From positions 373,488,001 to 373,552,000 of the forward strand of contig OZ024740.1 in the NCBI GenBank assembly GCA_964016885.1: DNA of 64,000 bases, written 5' to 3'. The stretch is from Eledone cirrhosa (lineage: Eukaryota). Below, one piece after another: positions 1 through 11,840 of this stretch (position 1 is the first letter of the stretch; each line of letters opens with the position of its first letter). Under the pieces are notes generated by a model. That model was not told the DNA's origin. It worked only from the letters and a program-made list of their open reading frames with translations, and ran no database searches. Made by a program: the position numbers and the translations under genes.

Positions 1-969
1 ACGATCCCGGTTCCACTAACCATATACTTACATCTCAAACTCACTCTGTACTTACACATACATAACTGCACTTACACGAAGCTGACTTTAAACTAGCCAC
101 TTGAGCTACTTCCATTTGTTACTCGTCACTAACTTAACACCCTATGCATACCTATGTCTCCTGCCAATTAACGCAATGTCATAAAAAGCGTACAATAGGC
201 GTTGTCAAATATGGCCCTCTCTGCGTTTTTTCTACTGCTCTACTCGTTTGCTTCTTGTATCTGACACAAGATACATGGTATTGTCCAAAACAAATTAACT
301 ATCATTCGCTCATATCTGAGTGTTATATAAATATTCTCAATCGTTACCTTATTCCATCATGATTTTATTTATTTTTTCTGTTCCTTCTCTTCTTTCTCTC
401 TCTTTCGTAATATATATATTTATATATATATAGGATTAGATGTTAGCCTGTATATTTGCACATAAGTATTTCAAACTAAGTATTTACCGGTACTGTACTC
501 TATCCTCTTTAAAGTTACCTTTTATTTGATATCAGTTTCCCTTTTATATAAATACTACATATATGTATTATTTATTTATAGTAAGTAACTAGATCACTAC
601 ATGCTTTAAGGTTGTTTTTAAAAAAGCAACTCATACTACGTCGCTGAATCATTAATTTGGATGAATATTATGCATTTTACTCTAGCGAATGACACATTAC
701 AAATCGCATTTGATATTCACCTTCATATCACATGGATGTACAAATCATATTTGATTCGAGTATATTTATTTTTCCATTTCCTGCGACGGATTGGACTACA
801 GAAACTTTTTTTACTATCATTTTGACATATAACAAATTATAACATTTCAAATCATTTCAACTTCTACTTTATATTACTATTGTATTATGCATATACGAAA
901 GTGATATACGTTTTTTATAAATCTGTGTGATCATAACAATGGAATGTATATTCAGTCACATTATATATT

Positions 970-1143
970 ATCGGTAGAGAGTCGGACACCATGCTTTGAA
1001 GCTTAGATTTACGTCGCGTTATGATCTGAGTTCAAATCCCGCCGAGGTTAACTTTGTCTTTCATTCTTACGGGGTCGATAAAATAAAGTACCAGTAATGT
1101 ACTGGGTATTTGCTGGCCTTGTGCCAACAAAATAGAAACAATT
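970..1143 (+). mobile_element. tRNA-derived SINE, 5'-truncated copy
   Basis: B box GAGTTCAAATC, central CTTTCATTCTTACGGGGTCGATAAAATAAAGTACCAG and tail GGCCTTGTGCC..TAGAAACAATTA, all shared with many other copies in the window. Confidence 0.85.
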
Positions 1144-4100
1144 ATATTTTATAGTGGAAGAAGGCTTTCTTGATTTATATCGTATTGTTCTATTCTTGAC
1201 TTTACCTGCAACATCTTACATGAATAATCATCCCTACTTGGCAAAATGGCAATCGTTCGCATACATTGATTTGACTTTCAGTAGATATCAGCTTTTGTTG
1301 AGTTAATTGAAACTCGATGGGAAAGAATTGCACAAATTATTTGCTGTTTGAATTTTATATATCAGTTTTAACTAGATATATAATTGTATGATATACTCCA
1401 ATATATTTTCCCTTAACAAAAGCATATTTTGTTTAATGTTGAATCATGTAATTATGAATATGAAACTTTTTTTATTGAAAACCTATTAAGTAGAAATATG
1501 TATGCTTTAATAAATGAAGCAACTGGCATCCATAAGACACGTTTAGCTTTAAGTTATGAGCATCATAAATTAGCTTAATAAAAGCAATTATTTTATAAAG
1601 ATATGCTTTGAAAAATTGATAATTTCGACGATTTAGATTTTACGAGTTTTATTGTAATAATAGTTGCAATGAATATGCGATAGATCTAAGCAATAAAATG
1701 CGGGTCAAATAAATTACTATTCATTTTAGTCGTAAATTTGGATTGAAATAAATGTTAATTTTAGGTGATATATTTTATTGGAGACACTTTCAGTATAGAA
1801 TATGAATATTATTATAAATGTATATGCAGATACATTTATAATAATATTCATATTTTGAAAGGTTTGGGTCAAGTGTGTACATATATGTACTTATACGACT
1901 GCGCATCTATTCCAGTTTATACGTGTGTTTGCAAGTGCATAGCAATGTATAAAGTTTCGTAAACACATCATGCCATACATGTTATGCATACATAATACCC
2001 TCTATATAATACTATTATATTGAAACTAAACTTAAAAGCCACACACTATGTTAATTTTTTTACTCGGTCTTTTATGTGGGATTTACCTAGTATACTTTCT
2101 ATTCAATTAATTCACCTGTCATCTATTGCCGATCTGGACACATGTGTGTGACCGCACGTCCTTGAAACAAGATATATCAACATAAGTGTTAATGAATATA
2201 ATTATTGCTCCTTACAAATCGTGCATCTTGTTTTCCTGTGTAAACAAACTTATAGATGATTTCTACCTATCGACGCCTATTAAGGATGTGAAATTCATTC
2301 TTCTAGTCTCATAGTATTTCTGATTTGTAACGTTAATTGTGCTAACTGTGTGGTTGTGAAATAGTTCCCCGTCCCCGAGATACTTGGAATTCTCTACCTG
2401 CTTCCGTGGAACTCTACTTACGGAATTCAAATAATGAACATTTTAGAAATTAGATTTCCAGAGGCTATAACTACACTCTCCCCAACGTTATGAATTAAGG
2501 TAGAAAACACTTCAAACTATCAACTAACGCTCAGTAACTAGTATGTATGCATTAAAAAAATAATAAAACACAAATCACCCAGCCCTTCAGCTGAACAAAT
2601 CATAAGCATTGTTATCACTTCTGGCCTGAAGCAAGGTGAAACATTTACTTCGCAAGTGAATTCAAATTATTTCTCAAGCTCACCATTGAATTTACAAATC
2701 AGAAAAAAGCTGAGACTAGAAAAATAAAATTGCAACGTAGCACTTATTTAGTCATTTCACAGACAAATAAGTTCTTCACATTCGTCATAATCGATAAAAT
2801 GTAAAGACCATCTCCAGAATAATTGGTTTATCTAGTGAAGCTTAAACAAATTAGCAATCAAAATACCTGAGAAATAAGGACCAATACAGAGTCTCTATTT
2901 TACCATGGAAATTCTTCAGACCCAAGCAGGAGAACTACTTTCTCTTTAGCTGAGAACTATGGCCGTGTGTGCGTAAGGTGTAGGAATGCGATTAAGCATT
3001 TAGCCGCTAGGAAAATGTGTATAGCCTTATGTAATGCAAACTACCACTCCTAAATGTGGAGTACCATGAAAGAAAGTGCCTCCAAACTGGGTGGGATATA
3101 TCCCCGTCAAATGGGGAGAGTTTACAGGTTTGCATTTACCATTCTATAATTATTGTGGTCCATTTGCAACATAATTATTATTTAGAAACTATGAGCGAAT
3201 TGGTTGCATGTTGCAAACAATACGATCTAGAGTATGATGAGAATTCTACTAGCATTAACGAATCAGATACAAATTTAATTAAATGCTCCAAGGATATAGG
3301 TGGAGTCACACAGCAATTCGAATCAAACAAGCCGTTAATAATTTCGTGATACCACCAGTTAAAAAAGCAAGATTCGAAATAGATCATTATTATAAAAAGC
3401 AAAAAAGTTATAACTTGCGTTGAAGACGCAGTCATGGGGGATCCACACAAAGGCCCATGCCCAGGAAGAGCTGCATTAGCAACTGGTGTTGCAATTCCAA
3501 GTAAAGGCGATATCACTACTATAATAACAAAACAATTCTCTAGAACATTCGTTTATTTGAATGCGTTCGATCAACCTCAACACATATGCTCCTACAAAGA
3601 GCCCGACTCAATAAATACACTACTTAGAATAGAATGTACAATACACTGATTTAAAAGCAAGCATGGCCATAGCGGAAATAGAAACATATTTACATCCAGC
3701 AAATAAATTCAAAGTTAAAAGCATAGCTTTCAAAATCCCAAATATAATACGAATGAGAGGCGTTTTAAGTACATTACAAAACAACAAACTCTCTTATTAC
3801 ATTCAATACAAACTCATGGCTAGCTATACATGTAGATAGCAAATAAGCATTATTTCCAAATAGAATTTATAAGCAGGAGGTCTAAACGTTAGCTTAAAAC
3901 AAAATATTCCGGTTACAAATGACGATGATAAAATGCAACACATAGAAACAAATAGACGAGCAAAAAAAAAAAGACCGGTGATTATGGTAATACATTGAAG
4001 CACCTTCCAAAGACGAACAACAAATAAATGTACACGTAGTTCATTACATTAACATAGATGCCTGGAAGCCTCTTTATGCAGGTGAAATGATTTCATACAC

Positions 4101-5306
4101 TTGGGTAAAGAGAACAAGTTGGTTCAATCCCATGAACTACTCAACATTCAACACTACATTTGTACCTCCGATTATAACAATTTAGAATGGTTTACGATCT
4201 GACATACATACTTACTACGATGCTAAGAAAATAGCAGATTGGCACCAAATAACAGCGGTGGATTCGCTGGAGAGGCAGCAGACGAAGAAAAAAGCACAGG
4301 CAGATCCTATTAGAGACCAATGCCTATGAATACTATTAATCAGCCACCATTGCGGGATTAGATCCTATTCCATTATTAGATTCAAAATAAAATAGCTAAA
4401 ATAAGTTTTCTATTAACAATTTCATACGAATTGGAAATAGACTTTGAATACATATCAGGTTATCCTCAATACTGATTAGTCATGTATACACAAAACGCAC
4501 AAGTACACAAAACGCACAAGTACAGAATTTAGCATATACTAACGTATGTAAATGGCCACATGGTTTAAGAAACTATGAGACAACGAGAGTGGACAAATCC
4601 AGGGAAGCTATTCGTTAACATACCGTTTTTATTCTGTATTGTAGAACGAAAACAGAAAAATGTGCATGGTTATCTATCCAGTGGAACACTTTAAACGAGA
4701 TGCTAGTCATTATCACAAAAGTCCATGCTCATTTCAAGAGATATATCACGACATTATCACTAGTATATATCGGCAAAGAATACACAAAACTCATACACTT
4801 CGTTAACAACAGAAGATCTACCCTTATTTACCATCCAAAAGAAATCGCGCAATGCGCTAAAAAAGAGTGGATCGTATATAATCACTTTCATGTAATATGA
4901 AGTAGTAACACGCGAGCGCAAGAAGATCCGGGGATTCGTTATTTAAGAGCCTTATTCAAAAAGGCAACACCCTTTAAAAGATATAGACAAAAACACAGCT
5001 ATTGAAATTCTCGTCAACTTTAACAAATTGTTTCTGTCAACTTTCACAAAAGGTTAATTGTAAAACGATGAGGCAAAATACCAACACAATTCGCAGAATA
5101 AGGGACACTTTTTCAAGACACCAGGCGGGGAAAAGTTCTGTATTATCTAGTTAACATCATTGAAGACACGTTCTCTTTAGGAGGGACTTATGTTGGAATC
5201 AGCGTTGAGTAGTAGTTTAGAAAAACTTGTCTGATTCGATTGCTCACTGTGCCATTCGAGATGTCCAACTTAAGAGGAATATTATATATGGTTTGCTTTA
5301 TATCGG

Positions 5307-5446
5307 AGATTGTTTTGACTGTAAATCGGTTTAGTCGGAAAATTGTCTGTTCACCGATCCCATGACGGTGTAATAAATGAAACAACGAATGTGCATATAG
5401 TGTCGACATATACATGTATAACATATGCGCGGCCTTATGTGTGTTT

Positions 5447-5493
<47 letters not shown>

Positions 5494-5602
5494 GTGTATG
5501 TGTGTGTGTGTGTGCACGTGTATGTAAATATATAAATATATTTACATATATGTATGTATATACACACACGTGCACACACACACACACACACATACACACT
5601 CA

Positions 5603-5652
<50 letters not shown>

Positions 5653-5794
5653 CAAAACACACTTAAGGCCGCGCATATATTATATATGTATACGCAGACA
5701 CTATATGCACATTCGTTGTTTTAGTTATTGCACCGTCATGGGATCGGTGAACAGACAATGCTCCGACTAAACCGAGTTACAGTCAAAACAATCT
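5307..5794. repeat. ~490-bp imperfect palindrome with a microsatellite core
   Basis: 5307-5450 is the reverse complement of 5651-5794 with scattered mismatches; the inner (TA)n/(TG)n and (CA)n/(TA)n tracts are also mirrored. Confidence 0.85.
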
Positions 5795-7230
5795 ATATAA
5801 ATATAGATGTGTATGCATACATACATACATGCATACGTATGTGTACGGTGATAAGCCTGCTAGAAGATCGGTAAGTGGATGGGCGTATTCATTTCTATAT
5901 GGGAGCCGTGGAAAACAAATATTTCAACTAATTATGAAGAATAATATAATGGTTTGATGCCACTATTGGACATTTAATGTTACCTTAGTTGCGAATTATC
6001 AAATGCAAAATGTGTTTCGATTCACATTAAGAAGAGATATCCATTAAAACAGGGAACACAATGTAACACAAAATATTGCAAATAAATGGAACGTTATTTG
6101 TTTATTTAATCATTAATGTAAAGTAATAGAGAAAAAGTGCATTTATTCTATGCTGTATATTTAAATGCTTAATGTCAGAAGCAGAATTAACTTAATTGCG
6201 TTAGAGTTAAATTATTTATATTGGTATTTTCGATTTTGCTATGAATGCTAATGCACATAATGTGTGTAACAGAGTATCTGAGGGAATGTTTCGAAGATTA
6301 CCGTGTTGATGATCACATTTATGTGACCAAAATTACACAGAGACACATATACTGAGTAGATGTACTATATAATATATGTTGATACCTAATACTGTTAATT
6401 GATAATGCTCTGAATCCTAGGTCACTAATAAATGTATTCCCCAGCGAAATTTTAACAACATTCATACGACAGCCTTTTTCAAATCTTCCTCCAAAATCAA
6501 TAATTACGTTGCTGACATAAGTTGCTTTAACATCTCTAATAGTATTTATGTTGAAATCACTAATTCTCCTGTGGAAGTGGTAGACCGTGAAAGAAGGCTG
6601 AAGATATGCCTGGGGAACATTCGCTTTCGTTGTTATAAATAACTACCATTATATTTTTTAATTTTAACAAATATATGCTCGACAAAAATATTGTTATATT
6701 TTAAGATCGTCTGCATTACTATCAGTCCATATCATAGTAGTGCAACGTAAAAGAGACTGAATATTAAAGTGCAGAAATAAATTAGATATACAAACAGGGA
6801 CTCTCCGGAAAAATTATCCTATGTGATTTTGTGTTCCCTCTATTGATTTCACGCTTAATGGTCACGAGCTCCAGATTAGATACTTCTCATTGCCATGCAT
6901 AGTAGATGTATTGTCTTTTAACATGGGCTTCACTATGTCCATGGTGTTGCAGACAGAAGGTGATCTGAAAGGTACAACCTCACCCATACAGAGTTTTTCG
7001 TGGGAATTTGCTATCAGTAATTAAACTCCGAGGAGAAATGTTAGGACACTTTTATTTGCGAGATAACTCTATTTAATTATAACAATATTCCCTACTCTAA
7101 ACAATTCTTCTTTTAAGTGTCATAAATATTTACAATATTGAGTGTCAGTTATATTTCTGAGATAAATGACAGTTAGTTTTAATTTAATGCAAAAACTACA
7201 TTAGAGAATATTTTCATTTTTCTCTCGCAG

Positions 7231-7285
7231 AGGAGGAACCATATACTGGCAAAAAGATTAAATGAATATAAAGAAACGAACAATG
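7231..7285 (+). CDS. Candidate internal coding exon of an unidentified host gene (RRNHILAKRLNEYKETNN)
   Basis: Polypyrimidine acceptor TTTTCATTTTTCTCTCGCAG, donor G|GTATGT, open frame; splices in phase to 7530-7597. No family recognised. Confidence 0.35.
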
Positions 7286-7529
7286 GTATGTTAACTCAAT
7301 GAAAAATCAGGGATTTCCTTATGCCATTGAATTTGTTGTGCTAAAGGGTTTCAGAAAATAGCTGCATGTACAAGAGACTAGCACCACAATAATGTTGTTA
7401 TTATATTACATTAATTACCTCCCTTGCCATTATATATCATGTTTTACTTCCAGAATTCATGTTTAGATGTTCTTTTGTGGTTTTCTACTGATTTATGTGA
7501 TCGTGAGATATTACTTATTTTATTTCCAG

Positions 7530-7597
7530 AGATTAATGGAGCTATTTGCAAAATATTTCAACATGAGAACCATATAGATTTCAGAAAGTGGAAATAA
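7530..7597 (+). CDS. Candidate terminal coding exon (EINGAICKIFQHENHIDFRKWK*)
   Basis: Acceptor TTATTTTATTTCCAG; phase-1 continuation of 7231-7285 reads open to TAA at 7595-7597. Confidence 0.3.
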
Positions 7598-7667
7598 ATA
7601 CAAAAATAGAATAATAGATTATATATATTCGTGTATATGTAAGAATGCATGTTTATATACACACACG

Positions 7668-7743
<76 letters not shown>

Positions 7744-7778
7744 TATAAGTATTAATAAAATAGATGTTCTTTTGATCA

Positions 7779-7841
7779 ATTACATTTTATTATACATATT
7801 TCGGATGTACAACAGTACGTCCTCATCAGACAAAATGTAAT
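7779..7841 (-). ncRNA. Minimal type I hammerhead ribozyme
   Basis: Minus strand: ATTACATTTTGT-CTGATGA-GGACGTACTGTTGTACATCC-GAAA-TATGTA-TA-ATAAAATGTAAT; 12-bp stem I, stem II closed by GGA/TCC, very short stem III. Confidence 0.85.
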
Positions 7842-7941
7842 GATACATGACATACCCTGAGATGTTAAATGGTTAAGATTTAAACAAGGTAGACCTTGAT
7901 TAAATCTTAACCATTTAACATCTCAGGGTATGTCATGTATC

Positions 7942-7996
7942 ATTATATTTTGTCTGATGAGGACGTACATCCGAAATATGTATAATAAAATGTAAT
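7942..7996 (+). ncRNA. Minimal type I hammerhead ribozyme (inverted partner of 7779-7841, shorter stem II)
   Basis: ATTATATTTTGT-CTGATGA-GGACGTACATCC-GAAA-TATGTA-TA-ATAAAATGTAAT. Confidence 0.8.
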
Positions 7997-8131
7997 TGAT
8001 CAAAAGAACATCTATTTTATTAATACATATATTTTAATATTAATAACTCCTGAAATTTATTTTCGTTGAGTGCTTCCAATCTACTGTAAAACTCATTCTT
8101 TGACATAATCTTATAATATTGTTTAACTTAA

Positions 8132-8195
<64 letters not shown>

Positions 8196-8263
8196 CAAGG
8201 TTTAGCAAATAGAGAAAAAGTTTTGAGATAAATTTTTAAAAGTTTACTCTACCTACTATATTT

Positions 8264-8347
8264 ACCCTTACCACGCGGTTTCAAGTCTAAAAATAAATGG
8301 ATAATCCATGCGGGAATCCATTGAGTATAAGACTTTCGTCAGAGGAT
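8264..8347 (-). ncRNA. Type I hammerhead ribozyme with long stem II (separate family)
   Basis: Minus strand: ATCCT-CTGACGA-AAGTCT..AGACTT-GAAA-CCGCGTGG-TA-AGGGT; GUA cleavage triplet, near-palindromic stem III; (TA)n lies about 70 nt downstream. Confidence 0.75.
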
Positions 8348-8551
8348 TATTCTCACTCGGAGAATATCAAATTCCCGAGTTCAAATAACGAACTGGCGCC
8401 ATACAGAACTGTTCCCGGATGAGGGTGTATGATGAAGAAACAATCTTGTCTAGTGCCGTGTGTAAAGATAGAAGGCAAGGGTGGAAAGGTCAATGCCCAT
8501 CCACTAGAAATAGTAGCAGTTAAAACGACCAAAATGTTATCTCGACCAGGG

Positions 8552-8601
<50 letters not shown>

Positions 8602-8649
8602 ATGTGCGGGGGGGGTATGTGTGTGTATGTGTGTATGTGTGTATGTGTG

Positions 8650-9470
8650 TGGCTTTACTGTAGCACCGGCTCAGAGCAGGAGACTTAAGGCGAAAAACAT
8701 ATCGGATGCGGAATTTTCCGACGACATAGTTTTGGTGACAAATACAGTGAAGGGAGCAGAGGATTTGGTGCAGGAGGTTGAGACTGTGTCGATGAGTGTG
8801 GGGCTGGGAATGAATGAGACTAAAACAAAATATCTGGTAAGAATGTTGACAAGCCAGAGGATATCACTATTGTAGGCGGAAGCCGCTAGAATTGGATGAG
8901 GACTTCCTGTGTTTGGGAGTAAATATTGTGAATACGGAAAATGATGTGGTTGAGAGGAAGAGCGAAGGCTGGATGGCGTGTTACAGCTTGAAATCGCTGT
9001 GGAAGCCGGACCTTCGTAAAGACCTGAAACTCCGCCTCTTTATTGCTGTAGTGGAGTCTGTGATGCTGTACGGGTCTGAGACTTGGACACTGACCAAGAA
9101 ACTAACTTAGATGGTGGATGGCTGCTAGACGAGAATGCTGAAGATGGCTCTGAACATTAATCAGTATAAACTGAAGATGAAAACCTCAGAGCTGTATGGG
9201 AGCCTCCCAAAAGTCAGCTCAAAAGTAACACAGAGGAGACTGAAGTTAGCTGGACATGCTCAAAGACATCCAGATTTAACATTGCACTCAGTGCTCCTGT
9301 GGGAGCCCCTACATGGACACACTGGAAGAGGAAGACCAAGGTTAGCGTATGTTGATGCCCTAAGGACAGACACTGGTCTGTTGGAGTCGCGGGACATGGC
9401 AGCGATAATGATGGACAGAGACCACTGGAGAGAACTCGACCAATATGTCAGGAATTCAACCCGCCGTAGA
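8650..9470 (+). mobile_element. RTE-clade LINE, 5'-truncated RT C-terminal region (pseudogenised)
   Basis: Motifs across frames: [67 protein letters not shown]; stops and frameshifts; ends at (CT)n. Confidence 0.85.
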
Positions 9471-9568
<98 letters not shown>

Positions 9569-9602
9569 CCAATATATCTATATATATATATATATATATA
9601 TA

Positions 9603-9687
<85 letters not shown>

Positions 9688-9739
9688 GTATGTATATATA
9701 TATATATATACCAATATATATATGTATATATATATAGTT

Positions 9740-10280
9740 CACCATACCGAGAACAATTGTTTCATATTATCAGATCCTCAGCTTGTAATGGTCATGGTTA
9801 TACGGAACAGGAAGGACAACCGTATGAACGCGCATGCGCAGAAACAGTCACTTCACCCAGGCAATACAAAATTGCGGGCGAGAGGTATAAGGGAGATAGC
9901 TGAGAAAGTCCGAAAGGTTCTAGTTGATAAGAAAATTTGGATGCTATTGTTATTCAATCCGGAGCTTTGTAGTTAAGTAAGAGGCGTTTCCAGACATCTG
10001 GATAACGTGTGAAGAATGCATTTCTTGAGTTTAGGCAATCGCTATTGCGTAATCTCTTTAGAATAGTTACCCGTTCATCATTACATAGTCCACAAGACGG
10101 ATTGCCTCTTGTGTATGGCTTGGACCTAGTGATGGTTTTCCATTGAATGGAGTAGTCTATACTTGAGTCCTTGAGGGACAATACGTGGCTCGCGAGTTTC
10201 GTGGATGATCGTTTGTCCGATTACCTAAAGGGCGACTGCTGTTTCAGGAAGCGTTCCTTAAATCGGCCCTCCGCCATACT
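9740..10280 (-). mobile_element. Penelope-like element 3' fragment: GIY-YIG C-terminus plus 3' UTR with degenerate hammerhead
   Basis: Minus strand reads FKERF..STKLASHVLSLKD..YSIQWK..KPY..CGLCNDE..LNSR, parallel to the 52223-52870 protein; CTGAGGA..GAAA-CAATTG-TT at 9742-9791; flanked by microsatellites. Confidence 0.85.
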
Positions 10281-10292
10281 CACATACACACT

Positions 10293-10354
<62 letters not shown>

Positions 10355-10438
10355 TATATATATATACATATATATGTACATATATATAAATATATGTTAA
10401 TATACATATTTACATATATATGTATATACATATATAAA

Positions 10439-10496
<58 letters not shown>

Positions 10497-10501
<5 letters not shown>

Positions 10502-10832
10502 GAGGAATACCAACTTTGATTTACTCGTTTTATTTACAATCCTTTCAAATTTATAATGGTATTAGACTGAAATAGTATGATAGAATATTAAATGTTAAGT
10601 GTTAATTGAACAAGTACTTTCATGCGTTTGCAATTTTCAACTGTTGAAAATTGCAAACTTGACTGTCACCACACATTATGAACCTGAAGATTGCGAAAGC
10701 ACGAAAGTACTTGTTCAATTAACACTTAACTTTTAATATTCTACCATACTATTTCATTGTAATACCGATTATGGATTTTAAAGGATTGTAAATAAAACGA
10801 GTAAATCAGACAAAGTTGGAATTACTTTTATT
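10497..10832. mobile_element. Fold-back (inverted) PLE-type end
   Basis: 10497-10640 is inverted relative to about 10686-10832; contains the hammerhead at 10679-10717; adjacent to (TA)n. Confidence 0.75.
10679..10717 (+). ncRNA. Minimal type I hammerhead ribozyme
   Basis: TGAAC-CTGAAGA-TTGCGAAAGCAC-GAAA-GTAC-TT-GTTCA; palindromic GTAC loop III; closing pair of stem II is mismatched. Confidence 0.7.
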
Positions 10833-10948
10833 AATATAATATTCTATACACAATCATACACACCTCTGTATATTTACAACTAGAAATTAATGGACAACAG
10901 ATTGCTTACGAGAGAGCACCACGAGAAAAGAACGTGATGCCCATAAAT

Positions 10949-11033
<85 letters not shown>

Positions 11034-11059
11034 TAAATATATATATATATATTGTAAAG

Positions 11060-11249
11060 TCATTGTAAAATCATAATATTATGAAATTAAATTAAATTGT
11101 TCAGAACTACAAGTGAAGTCATTCTTTTCCTTTTTTTAAACATATATATATATATATATATATATATGTTTAAAAAAAGGAAAATAATGACTTCACTTGT
11201 AGTTCTAAACAATTTAATTTAATTTCATAATATTATGATTTTACAATGA
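11060..11249. repeat. Near-perfect ~190-bp palindrome centred on (TA)n
   Basis: 11060-11142 is the reverse complement of 11166-11249. Confidence 0.85.
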
Positions 11250-11262
11250 TAAAAAAAAAAGA

Positions 11263-11308
<46 letters not shown>

Positions 11309-11310
<2 letters not shown>

Positions 11311-11494
11311 CGAAGGAGATGTGGTAAGGAACCAGATAGACCCTAACGCACCAAAGTACTCAATACTTAGGGTGGTAGAGTGGGTAATAGGGACGAGTAA
11401 GACCCCGACGGCTGAACTCAAGACGTTCCGAATTAGTCCAGAATTAGCCGTCGAAACGGCTTGAGCTCAGCCGTCAGGGTCTCACTCGCTCGTT

Positions 11495-11498
<4 letters not shown>
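11309..11498. mobile_element. Short palindromic (TA)n-embedded repeat family, copy 1
   Basis: AACGAAGGAGATGTGGTAAGGAACCAG.. also at 31245, 32290 (reverse) and 49946; ends in a partial palindrome. Confidence 0.8.
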
Positions 11499-11566
<68 letters not shown>

Positions 11567-11642
11567 ATTTATGGGCATCACGTTCTTTTCACGTGGTGCT
11601 CTCTTGTAAGCAATCTGTTGTTCATTAATTTCTAGTTATCAA

Positions 11643-11840
11643 GGGCGGTGGATTGGCGGTGGATTGGCAGTATTGGTAGAGGGTCGGACGCCATCCTTTG
11701 ACGCATAGAGTTACGGCCCTTGTCATTCTGAGTTCAAATCGTGCCGAGGTTAACTTTGCCTTTCATCCTTACGGGGTCGATAAAATAAAGTACCAGTAAT
11801 GTACTGGGTAATTGCTGGCCTTGTGCCAAAAGTAGAAATA
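11643..11840 (+). mobile_element. tRNA-derived SINE, full length, 19-bp TSD
   Basis: A-box-like TGGCAGTATTGG, B box GAGTTCAAATC; TSD ATTAATTTCTAGTTATCAA at 11624-11642 and 11841-11859. Confidence 0.9.

Larger units (their letters stand above)
7736..8135 (+). mobile_element. Short Penelope-like element end: inverted duplication plus 3' tail, same family as 39633-43395
   Basis: Arms 7736-7890 and 7893-8040 are inverted; the arms and the tail 8040-8135 match the end of the GIY-YIG-bearing element at 39633-39885; (TA)n on both sides. Confidence 0.85.

Noticed and set aside
2340-5300. Possible ancient PLE (faint LYLLP, MG..K.P and VYIG motifs)
   Set aside because: Too degenerate to support by eye; a translated HMM search would be needed.
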